Positions 1 to 11,158 of a stretch of 64,000 bases of DNA are shown one piece after another. A program made the position numbers and the translations under genes. The notes beneath the pieces were generated by a model that saw nothing but the letters and a program-made list of their open reading frames with translations, ran no database searches and was not told where the DNA came from. The stretch comes from Hyphochytrium catenoides (taxonomy: Eukaryota > Protista > Hyphochytriomycota): positions 1 through 64,000 of the forward strand of contig FLMG01004655.1 in NCBI GenBank assembly GCA_900088475.1. Reading direction: 5' to 3'. Within the stretch, counting starts at the first letter, position 1. Each line of letters opens with the position of its first letter.

Positions 1-37
1 AAACAATTGAAAACAATCGAAAATTGGCGGCGGCATG

Positions 38-110
38 CAGAGAAAGAGAGAGAAGAGACAGGAAGTTCTAGAGAGAAAGGGGTGTGTGTGTGAGAGAGAT
101 AGAGAGAGGA
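38..110. repeat. Imperfect (GA)n/(GT)n microsatellite tract
   Basis: Runs such as gagaaagagagagaagaga, ggtgtgtgtgtg and gagagagatagagagagg. Confidence 0.8.
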
Positions 111-1170
111 GCTGTGTACACAGACCGACAGAGGTGATAGCTTAGGAGAAGAGCAGCTTTGTCGACGGATGCTTCCTAGCCAAGTGAGAGAACGAACGGA
201 GCAACCAGAGGTATAAGAAAAGCAAGACAGACTTCGACCTGCAGGGCCAAGACGAAGAAAAGAGAAGAATAGTGCTTTAGGAGTGTGACAAGGCCAAAGA
301 AGGCCTAAGTGGTGGAGGAGGGGACGCCCTGTGCCTTGCACTTGCGCGGCCGCAACAGCAAAACGCCACTACCTGGTTCCATCATCATCGACAGCAGTTC
401 TAAGGATCTTTCTTTGCTCGGATCTCATCGTACCCAACAGCAACGCAGGGACAAAGTCCCAGCGGAAGGCTTGTCGACAAGCAGTTCTTGCGGATAGCTG
501 GAGGATAAACAGTGGTTTTGAAGTTCTCTGCTCCTACTGCTACTCAGCCCCCCTCATCATACCTCCGGTCCGGATTCCGCCGAGGCACTTTTTTGGCCCA
601 ACGAGTCTGGATCGTCCGTTGGAAAGCTTGAGGAGAGCACGGGGTTAATCAAGATACAGAAATGGTAAGAAGGTCTGGGCCAGACTGTTAAGGATCTTGC
701 CACTGTAGAAGGGTTCGAAGTGCTACTTTACATGACAGCTACCACGTCTTGATTTGGGCCTACCATGAACAAACGGGCGCGATTAGTTGAGTTCTGACTC
801 GACTACCATAGCAATATATTGGGCACTGGCGTCTGTGTGTTGGAACTAGAAAGAACGTGGCAGCGATGTATGAGACATTCATCATGTGCCGCGGTAGCTT
901 CTCTTTCTCTGGGATAAGCGTGCCGGTCGTTTTCTAGTACTAACGTTGATCCTCTTCGCCACCACTGCAGCTTGGCTACCTAGTGCCAGGAGAAAGAATT
1001 TATGGTCTGGGAGGAGGTGATGTAGTCTAGGTGTCCTATGGCCTAGAACTACTAATGTTTTTGGCGGGAGGGAGGTATGGCTTGTCCCAGGCATGTCGCT
1101 GTCCGATGTAGACGCTAAAGAGCCAAGTTAACCTCTAGCTAGAGTGCACTCATCTGTCGGTTGCTGGGGA

Positions 1171-4100
1171 ATGGCTCCAGCTTTGGGCATGGAAACCACT
1201 CAAACCCAAAAGGTGGAAAAAGATAGGCACAATCGCTTCTGCTATGAATGCCAACAGTGTATGTTCCCTTGGTGTGTTCATTGGAGACATTTGCAAACTT
1301 TGACACCATTTGTGATTCTGATTAGTGGGAGAGGTCCTCTGCTGCAGTTTCTGCACCTTGGTCTTCCACCTCACATGCCTAGATCCTCCGCTGTCAGTCC
1401 CGCCTGCTGGGTATTGGCCCTGCCCAGTCTGCCAGGCATCACAAAGAAGCGATAGCCGGCCTTCGCGCAAGCAAACTACATCTTTAAATACAAGGTCTGC
1501 TATTGTTCTGCTCCTTCTATATTGCATCTATGACCTCATTGCCGCATAATCGATCACCCGCAGGAAAAGAAAGCGCGCTGCTGCTGATCATTTAGTTGTC
1601 CTATCGACGAGTGAGACCAGGCAGGACTTCCACGCCGAGATTGAACCCAAGAGGAAGAGAGGTACAATCCGGTAGCCGTGTTGCCACTATTCCATGCTCA
1701 TGTTGCACTAGGTCGACCAAGAAAGAAGCCCCTGGAAATTCAGTCCAGTCCGGCAGTATCTCCAACTAGCACCGCACGAAGAAATGAAGGTTATCCCATT
1801 CGCTGCCTGTCCTTGACTGCACACCATCTCACACTCTACCTAGACCCTCCAATCGAGGATGAGGACGGAACTATATACCTAGATGCCGAGAAGAAGGTTC
1901 CTTTACCAGATAACTGGCAAGTCCAAACTGTGGTGAAGCGCGAAGGAAAGAAGGTAAGGTCCAAGTTGGACTCAGAAGACAAGCAGTGTCCCTATTGGGA
2001 TGAGAATCCGGGAGATATCTCACGTATCGTGCAGGAAGTGACGTTCATTGACCCCAGTGGAAGAGTCTTCAAGACGAGGAAGTCGGTCCTCGCATACCTA
2101 GAAGCCCAGTCTTTGCAGCTCACACAGCTGGTTAAGTCTCCTCTAGAGCCATTTATATAAAACAAACCTGACATCGAGTGCTTACTTAGGCTGAAAATCA
2201 TGGCTCGTTTAAGGCGGAGATATCCCCTCGAGAGCTAAAGCAGCTGAGTCTCTACAGCCCTGGCGGTGAGTTTAAAAAACGACCTATAGTCTAATGACTA
2301 AAGCTGAAGAGTATCTGAAGGCCGAGCACGTCATGTTGATGAGAGAAAGGAACAATCCAACAAAGAGGTGGCGAAGGATAAGGCCGCCACTACTTGCAAG
2401 GTGGTCCCTGACCCTTTAGAGCAGAAAGTGCAGAGAAATCCAACGAGTGTGAGTAGCAAGAGCTCATACTTCATTTATACTTTGCTAAGTATGCTTTCTC
2501 TACAGATAAAGAGTTCCCCACCACAAGCCAATGGTGCCGTGGATGAGGTAAATCTTAGTGCTTCCTGCGGTCTCTTAAAGTAAATTGTTTCTCTGTGTCT
2601 CACGCTCTTTGTCACTGCAAAAATACACGCAACTACCTGTCCGCCCAGCGAAGTTCTCTGGTAGAGATACCTCTAGCAGGTCCAGAGGAGCAATGTGACA
2701 GGACCAAGCATCATTCGTATAATAACCAGACAGGAGGCGGTACCACGTCAGAGGTTAGTTACACCATTGCTAGCTCTAAAGAAAGCGCGTATCGTAACAG
2801 TTAACATTTTCACAAGCAGTTTGGCGGAAGCCGTAGGAAGCCACTTGATGAAGAGGCCGCTGCACGAGACTTAAGCAACAACCCCAAAAGCACAGAATGT
2901 CGGTTGGAGTCTGGCCATAGGTCTGACGGAGAAACAGGTCCTTTACCCATTAACTCTTTGGGCAACGAAGATGAGGGGGAATCCTCTCTTCGGAACAAAG
3001 ACAATAGAAGTCTTGTTGGAGTTAGTGCTCATCACGAGAATTTGAGCGAGACTGTGGCATGCCCTTTGGACGATACCTCTCCGGAGGCACAACGCAGCTC
3101 AACAAGGGACTCTGTGGAGTCGGGAAGTCAGTTACGGCTGTCAAGTCAGGGGCCAAGCCAAGAGCAAGAGCCCCTTTCTTTAGCAGGCTTAACAATGTCT
3201 TCTGAAGAGCCTGCCAATACTGAAGTAGAGGGTACACTTCCCTCTCCTTTATCCCTGACAAACAACTTGAAGAAAGCAGACAAGGACCAGTTGATAGAAG
3301 GAGAAAAAGTGAGGAAGCCGATGTTGGATCAGACCTTAAGCTCTTCAATCTCCTCTAACAAGGGCCCTGCTTCTGCGAAAGACGTTAAAGAAGTGCCAGC
3401 AGATATAACGGTTAAGCTTCGGGAGGAGATCGGTAAGGTTGAACATTCATCTTATTTTTTGGCAGGTCATGCTAATAACTGTATAGGTTTGAACGGTAAA
3501 GTGCAGGACAGGACAACGTCTGAAGCAGTGAAATGCAGGAGTCCAACAACGAAGGAGGCCAACGTGGGTGTGGAGGCAGGGTGCAGTGCGCATGTCAGTT
3601 TGTCAGCAAAAAGCGTCGAGCCAGTAAGAGGCATAGAGCAGACGGAGCCGAACGCGAGTTCTTCTAAGGGCGATAACTCCGTCAAGGTGATGTCTGTTAT
3701 GGGGAAAGATGGATCCAAAAAGCCTTCAAGTTCTATGAAGAAGCTGGTTCCCAAAGCTTTGCCAAAAGGGAGCTCCTTTGAAGCAAAAGACAAAGAAGAG
3801 AAGAAGTCCAGCATCAGAATCAAGCGGCCACCTACCTCCAAACCGGTTCTGTCCGAGCGTCAAAGACTGCGGAAAGCCCTGGGAGACTCTCAAAAAGAGA
3901 GGAGGAGCAAAGACCATAAGCAAGCGAAGAAGCTGGGGAGAAAGGCCAACAAGATATCCCGGAAGGGTAGGTGTGGGAAGGCAGGCCCCGCTCAAGTGGA
4001 AGTAGAGGGGAGATAGACAATCTTAGAGTGCTAGGCGGCTCGTATGGAGCTAGCAAGCCATCACATCTGCGAAAATTAGTGTCCGGTGACTTATTTTCTC

Positions 4101-6922
4101 CCATAGAAGTTTGACTAACTCTGGCATTAGGTGAAGATGAACCCAAGGACTCGAAGGTTGCAGCAAGCATGGTTCTGGCTAGTCTGCGATCACGACCTCT
4201 GGATGAGGTTGAAGTTTTTGCATTCAGTCAAAGCTCGCCAAGAAGTAAAAGCATGGCGACTCCTTCTTCTTACCTGGAAGCTTCTCTTGATGCCAAAAGT
4301 AATAGTCCTGGCGCGTCTACCTTCTCGGAATTTTTGAACAAGAAGCTAAAGAGCGCTAGACGGCGACCCTTATTGGATCTCGCTGATGCAGATAGCGTTA
4401 ACATGGCTTGTCAAAGCGTCGAGAAAGGGGTGGAGTTGGTTGGCGGCCCGCCACTCGAAAGTTACTCTGTTAGCATGGCTGACTGGAAGCCTTCCCAAGG
4501 AGATCAGGTAATTCGTGGTCAGGAGAGGCAAGAGAGGGCAAAACAGTTCTGGCCAAGTGGAGTTAGCGAGGACCGGATCGCTCCCTCGTCTCTGGAAGAA
4601 TTAGTAACGACGAGCCTCTCTGGGAAGACGCTATCTACCCATAGCCAATACAATAGCCTCTCAAGAGGAATGGATCTCCTAACCGGCTTTTTACAGCCGC
4701 AAAGGGATACCACTTATTGGTCCATGCAGACTGATGGGCTTCTTGTGGACGAAGAAATGCGGTCAGCGGTCGCCTTTGCTACAAAGGAGTGGCAGTTGCA
4801 AGCACTTTGTGCCACTGCTACCCGCAACCTGGCGCTGCAGCTAGGACCATTAGTCTGCTTGTCATGCAAGAGTGGTGGAAAGGAGCTGGAGCTCCGAGCA
4901 TGTCCCTTCTCCTGCGGAGCCATTTATCACAGCGATTGCGCCTCGCAAGATGGGCAAATTAAGCGCCATCTGGCCGAGCACCACCTCGAGATCACCCACA
5001 AAACCCGGGTATGACACCGCCTGTTGTTACTTTACTGCCCTTCACTTTTTCCGTCTAAAGCTGCCTTCTCATATGTAGCTGAACCTGCCAGAGAGGATTG
5101 ACTCTAATAGCTGGGAGCCGTCCCCAAAGAGCTCTTCTTGGAGTGAAGCCATTAGCGGCATGTTTAGAGTCCTTAACAATCTTTCAAGGTGAGAGAAGGT
5201 GACGACGTTTGGTGGATGGCTGGCGCTTCTGACAAAGCTACCCGCCCTCAGGTTGGACACCCTCTACATCTATTCCGCACCCGTACCACAGTTTTGCAAG
5301 GACTTCCATGGTGCTTTCCGAAACCCCTCCGATCTCAGGAGTCTCACCATGTAAGGCCCGAAGTGGTGGCCCTATGGGAAATAATCTACACACAGCTCAC
5401 GTCTCTTTGGCCGGTTGGCCCCTCAATCGTCACTTAGCCGTCGTTTAGTCTTGATAACTATGATATGCTTGCCGGATGCTTGGATTCTCTCTGCATGGCC
5501 CTCTGTCCTTGAACTATTGCCCCTTAACCTACTCTTTGTACTCACTCCATGCTTCCCAGGTCAGTAATCGAAAGACGTTATAAAGATTTGACGTCATTTG
5601 CACGAGATCTGGAGTCCATCTTTCGATGTGGCCTCCAGTACTACTCTGAGGGATCAATATTTCACCTTCACACCCTGAGGCTACAAATTCAGGCTCATAC
5701 TCTTGTGAAGACGCATTTACCTGGCGTCGGTCCCGATTTTGAGCTCATGATGTCTCGCCAACGAGGCAACTACTCCGATCACGCCCACTTTGATGGTAAG
5801 CTCCTTTCTCTCGCTGAAGATGGCCTGGCCTAATCCGTGGTTAGTTAAAGCAGGAGGGGACATGCAAGTTGATGAACTGGATTACTACAGATCTTTGGCT
5901 CTGTCTAGGGCTTCACAGCTCGCTCAAACACTGGAGGCCATAAGTTATCGAGTTCAAGCTGAGGCCACATCGCTTGATCTGGATAAGCGAAAAAGATTGA
6001 TCGTACGGAGCGAAAGAAAGAGTCTTAGCCATGAAGCCTTCAAGGTAGCCTCACCCCTCCTTCCTGTCATTCTCTTCAAGACTTTTCCATAACGTGGTGT
6101 TCCTTTGACAGCGACAGACCGAGTCCATTAGTCATGTTGCGAAAAAGCATACAGCTGTTCTGGTGTCAGAGAAGGCAATAGTGAGGAATGAGAACAAGCC
6201 TGTGCAATACAAGGCGGCCACAGGAAGTAGTGCGCATGCGCATTCTGATAGTCCCAGAGTCCATCTCAATCGGCGGCCAGAAGTTTTGAATTGCCGAAGA
6301 GCAGCGTATATGAAGGAAAGCGAAGCTGCACATCTTCTAGACTTGGATAAGGTGACATCTCCTTCATGGAAGGGTCGACGCCTGAATGTCGGAACCTCCA
6401 GTATTCAGGTGAGACCTTCAGTATTTAACCTATCTTGTGGCATCCGTAGGCTCACGGATGGTGTCCTCTTAGGGGTTGGGGTTGTTTACTCTGGAAGATA
6501 TCCCTGCCAACACATGTATCATTGAGTACGAAGGTGAAAAACTTCCCTTTGATATCGCGGCGAAGCGTGAACTTCATTATCGGAAGCAGGGCCTGAATGA
6601 CTACATTTTGAAGATAAAGGACAATGCCTTCCTGGATGCAACCTATAAGGTGGCGTCAAACCTAAGTTTGGTAGCCTTGTTTATGTCAAGCTGACTGATG
6701 TCACTGTAGGGGAATATCTCGCGTTTCATCAACCACTCTTGCGCTCCCAATGCTGACGCCAAGGTAATCCGATGCCCCGACAAGATAGAAAGGATCATTT
6801 TCGTCAGCAACCAGTTCATTCCCATGCGGACCGAGATCACTAGCAACTATAACTTCCCGAGAATGGAGAACAGTATGCTCTGCCGCTGCGGCAGCGCCAG
6901 ATGCCGGCACTTTTTGAAGTGA
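1171..6922 (+). CDS. Multi-exon SET-domain histone lysine methyltransferase (ASH1/trithorax-like) with PHD, AT-hook, MBD, second PHD-like finger, bromodomain, SET and post-SET
   Basis: Spliced translation gives PHD CYECQQLGEVLCCSFCTLVFHLTCLDPPL..WPCPVC (~1240-1435) and AT-hook KRKRGRPRKK. MBD-like PLPDNWQVQTVVKREGKK|EVTFIDPSGRVFKTRKSVLAYL lies at ~1897-2100. Then VCLSC..CPFSCGAIYHSDC (~4850), bromodomain YSAPVP..NPSDL..YKDLTSFARDLESIF, SET motifs GLFTLEDIP..IIEYEGE, DAT and RFINHSCAPN, and post-SET CRCGSARCR. TGA at 6920-6922. Confidence 0.9.
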
Positions 6923-8177
6923 CTGTGCACACATATTTACGGGTCCGTGTGACCCATCCTTGAGAGGGTGATTGGCTTGGAACACTTAGATTGCAGCAGC
7001 CAGTCTCCCTATGTTAAACCCACTAAAAATTGTATGTGTCCCTCCTAAACTCATCATCGCTTATGCACTTGCGCGCTCTTTTCACGAGTCCTTCCAGCGG
7101 CCATCAGGGTAGCCTGTTATCAAGTAGTTTCCGCGACATACATAGCTCATTTATCATGGAGCTACCGACTCCAGTGGGCCGACCGACGGTGACAATAATA
7201 CTCCAAGGCAAATCGTAGAGGTTCATCCAGATCTACGAGGGCGAATCAGGATGCGCGGGCTTGTCCTAGCGTTCAATGGGCTGCGCACCTCACTTACCAG
7301 GCATGGCAGACTTCACCAACATCCATACCCGGTAAGCCACGCCCTAACGTTTCTGGCAGATGCCACTGAAGAAAGGAGCGCTTTGGAGTGGTATGTCAAT
7401 CCAGGGTTTCCCTAGTAGTGCTACTGGTAGGAAGGCGATTATAGTCCACGTTTCAGAGTCCGGTGAAAGGAAGTTGCCACGTCGGAGCTATTTATCACTA
7501 TAAGCGCTAAAAACATGAGCGTGGTCTGCTCTTCTAACAAAACACGTTTCTGCTCTTACGGCCCAGAAAGCGCAAGCTGCCAGGGTCCGATGAGGTTGCC
7601 ACTGCCATTCAAAGACAACGCCGGAATGTGGTGGCAGTCATAAGGGAGGTGACCCCTTCCGGCTGCCCACATACAGTTCCCCACTTTCCTGAGCGATTAC
7701 CTTTGAAAGACCTTCTTTCTAACCGATTCCGCCTCGACATGTCAACGCATTCCATAGTGGGATTCACCTCTACAGACTAAGCGGCTAAGATAGCGCAGAC
7801 CTGGCTAGGAACAAAGGCTAGGAATCACCTGTTGGGAGAGAAGAGAGATTGCTACTTGTAAGATCTTCTCTTCATCTACCTTCCAGCCTCTGGGGTAGCT
7901 CTGAACCGCTTACAAAATGGGAAATATTGGAAAATCAGCGGACATGCGGGCAGACGCATCATGCAGATTGTTGCAGATGCTTTGCTCGCCAACGACAAGA
8001 CCTTCATGAGAGACTATGTTCAGTGCGTCTACCTCGTGGCAATCCTCAGATTAGAGCTCTCCTACTTTGCAGGCGTGACGCTATGCTTGGAAGGTCGATA
8101 TAGGAAGCCAAGCTTCCGTGCAGTCTCCGGGAGAGGTTACGGGAATGAAGGAAACACCTCCTTTACCTATTAGGACT

Positions 8178-8998
8178 ATGTACCCTTCGCCCCTACCGAA
8201 GTCTGTTATGCCAGTGCGCTCAATCTCTGAGGACCAGACTACCTTGCGAAACACCATTCGAGGATTGCAAAGCTATGTAGAGTCCGTCTTGAAGGTGATT
8301 GTGCTACCAAGGCAGCGGCTGCAAGGAACCTGGGATTTGATGGGGATCCTTTTTCTAACACAACGTGTTACAGGTGCGGTTATCTGAGGCTCTGGAGAAC
8401 CGCGACGCAATCGCTAAGGAGCTGGACGAATATGAGGTCGTCGGAGCGTATTTGACAGAGGCAAAGAGAAGTCATAGGCACTCACAGCAGCAACAACCAA
8501 AATTGTCGTCAGACGAGGGGCTCTTAAGCCCGTACCCACAACGAAATGAGGGCTCACTTCAATCTTTAATAGACCTCGGAGAAGGCTTCTATGTCACAGC
8601 TATGGTATGGAAGGGACATCGGATCTAATTGAAGCTGCTAGAAGGTATCTAACCGCTGACCTAACTGGCTTAAGGTGGAAGAACCGCTGACGCTGACCGT
8701 AAGCATCGGGCTGGGTATATCAATTCAGTTAAATGCGGACGAAGCCGCGAAGTACTTGGAGAAGAAGACTGCTTTACTCCAAAGGTAGATATCACTTCTA
8801 CTTTGGTAACATCCTGAGGATAGAGCTAACCTTTTCGCTAGAACTCTTGAGAATCGTCAAAAGGTTTGTGAGGGCATCGCGAAGGATATCAGGGACACAG
8901 TGAGACTTATCAACGAAGCTACGAACGAGCTGCAGGTATAGTAGGTACAATTCTGGTATGTAGATTCCGTGATCTTGACAAGCACTCTGCAGGTTTGA
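8178..8998 (+). CDS. UXT: Prefoldin alpha-type subunit, UXT-like
   Basis: Spliced exons: ..YVESVLK|VRLSEALENRDAIAKELDEY..LQSLIDLGEGFYVTAM|VEEPLTLTVSIGLGISIQLNADEAAKYLEKK. DLG.xFYV and V.IGLG are the alpha-prefoldin hairpin motifs. Stop at 8941 (last intron unspliced) or 8998 (spliced). Confidence 0.8.
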
Positions 8999-9004
8999 AC
9001 AACT

Positions 9005-10293
9005 TTATCCGGCAACAAAATACTCTGGGACGCTTGTCCTTCCATTATAGCCGTCGCCCCAACAGACAAGTTCGCCGTCCTCAGTGACCCCACAGGCATG
9101 GTAGTTTCCTACACTGATCTGTGTGAAGGCATGGTCTGTAGGAACTCGATGTAGGATACCGCTTCGGGACCCCCAGCATACAACCTTCTTTTCTTCAAGC
9201 TATGTAGACAACGCACAAGTCAGTGCCACCGAAGCGTGTCGTCAAGTGTGACTTGCTTCATACCGAAATACCGCATGAAGTGTCATGCCCTGTGCTAATC
9301 TGGGAGAACTTTATACGGGGTGGTCGTCGCTTATTCTCCACCTGTTTGCCCCAGCAGTGCGCGTACCCTTCGAAGTCTAATGCGCAAGCATGTCTATCAT
9401 ACGAAGTGGTCACTTGAGTAAACTGCTTGTCAGTTGGAGCCAAGGATTGTCCCTGTTGGCAGGTATGAGATGCGGATAAGTCCACGCCGCCGCACAGATG
9501 TGCGTGCACCTTTCCCACCTTCTTGTTGCCTCCCCAGCACACGACAGCTCCATCAAGGCGCAAAGCACAGCTATTGTCCTATAGGAAGACTAGATTAGTT
9601 TACTTTATAACATGAGGTAATGGGACTCTAATGCTGCTAACCTGGCCGCTGGAAACCTGGATGTATTCTCCCGGTGGCGCTTGTGTTTGTCCATCGTAAT
9701 TTCTACCTGTTGACGTACATAGCATCAGAGACGTATAACCACAACTCAAGGGAGAGAGCTTTGCTTACCCCAACAATGAATGGAATGGTCTTTCTTTATA
9801 CCGCAAGCGTGATATGTTCCAACGCTTACTTGCAGAAAAAGCCCGGTTGGGCTCCGAGCGACATCCTCGTGCCCCCAACATGTCACAGTCTCATCAATAG
9901 CAACGCCACAGCTGTGCAGCATACCTGCGGAAATCTGCACGAAATCTCCCTGCAAGAAGTGGCATGCAGCTTAACTATACAGCATCTAGTGACAGATACC
10001 TAAGGCTATTTGCTTACTGTTATCTTTTCATGTACTAGTTGGCCAGTTGAGTTCATGCCCCAGCACCGAACTTTGCCGCCAATTGGCGTCGCTGGGCTGG
10101 CTTCAATGGCACATGTATGACCATACCCACAAGAGACTGAAATCTCATCAACATCACCCTGAAAGCCAGCAGGCGGAATCGACTCAAACTCTATTTCAGT
10201 AACGTCTGGGAAGAAGCCGCTGCCTCCAAAAGCAATTGCATAGAACTGTGCCTGAACCAAGAAGCCTATGGCAACTGCCTTTAGTGCAGCCAT
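9005..10293 (-). CDS. Secreted RCC1/BLIP-II-like beta-propeller repeat protein
   Basis: Hydrophobic N-terminus MAALKAVAIGFLVQAQFYAIAFG. About 7 repeats such as SCGYGHTCAI..CWG, ISAGMLHSCGV..CWG, VSVGTYHACGI..CWG, ISTGHDTSCGI and ISVGNYHACGV..CWG. TAA at 9007-9005. Confidence 0.85.
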
Positions 10294-10537
10294 AGCGAGG
10301 CAGCGCCAATGGAAGAAAGGCACCAAAGTGGCGCCGAAAGATGATAGGGTACAGTTCTCAAGCTCAATCAAGATTCCTGATTGCCTAGAGGTCGTAGATG
10401 CAAGCTTGTCCGACGTGAGTCATAGCTTGTAACGCGAGCAAGCTGATGAGCAGCATCAGCACGCTGAGCTGATGACTGATGAGCGTCGTTTCTTCTTTGA
10501 CCCTTCGTTTGGGGAGCGTTCAGAGCCCATGGTGGCG

Positions 10538-11072
10538 TTAGGAAGTGACGGATGTCGTTTTGATCATGTCTGAAACATTCCATAGAGAGCAATCGATTGA
10601 AGCTTTCATATGGATAAACTCTATAGCCTTCCTCAGAGCAATTTTGATACTTCCGTTGAGGAAGTTAACTGAAAGCTTGATCTCTTCGACAAGTTGAAGG
10701 AGGTGCTGTTCTACAAGTACCAAGTCTTCATCAAGGGATCTTGGTAGGAGAAATGTTATGGTGAACGATGGCCCGATTGACTCTCACGCTGGGCCTCGTA
10801 GAGCTCAGAGCCTACCGCATGGGACCAATGCTTGTACAAATGTTCTTGGCCGTCAATGCCAACAAGGACGATCTACATGTGGCGGAACAAGGACGATCTT
10901 TATTTGAGGTACAAGAAACTGCTTGAGGGTAGAGAGACATCAAGAGACTTCCATTATGAACTACAAGCAGCTTCTCTCCATGGAAGCGTAAGATGCCACA
11001 TGACGGCCTCCAAGAGATCTCCTTTCGGCTTCGAATGTTACATCGACCCCACTGACGCCAGCTGCCTGCCAT
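10538..11072 (-). CDS. Hypothetical protein (possibly an alternative 3' extension of the GET2-like gene)
   Basis: ORFs 10812..11072 and 10538..10723 join in frame (PMR|SLDEDLVLVEQ) through a GTAGG...CCAAG intron (~10815-10740). No recognisable domain. Confidence 0.3.
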
Positions 11073-11158
11073 TGCTTAAGCATGGGTAATGAGCTAGTAG
11101 ATGATCTGCCCAAGATGAGGGTGTTTGAAGAAAATTGAAACAATGACTCTTCAGAGAG

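Noticed and set aside
105-119. 15-mer agaggagctgtgtac repeated at 63710-63724
   Set aside because: About two such matches are expected by chance in 64 kb, and the flanks do not align.
7290-7305. ACTTACC resembling the U1 snRNA 5' end
   Set aside because: No downstream U1 stem-loops or Sm site; it is the reverse complement of a splice donor.
10609-10746. Plus-strand frame with an in-frame TGA (EEVN*KLDLF..IKGS), superficially like selenoprotein F (CGUKL)
   Set aside because: It lacks the CxU cysteine and a signal peptide, no SECIS was seen, and it is antisense to a better-spliced minus-strand ORF.
10861-10899. 14-bp direct repeat aacaaggacgatct with an 11-nt spacer
   Set aside because: Only two copies, so it is not a CRISPR-like array; probably local slippage.
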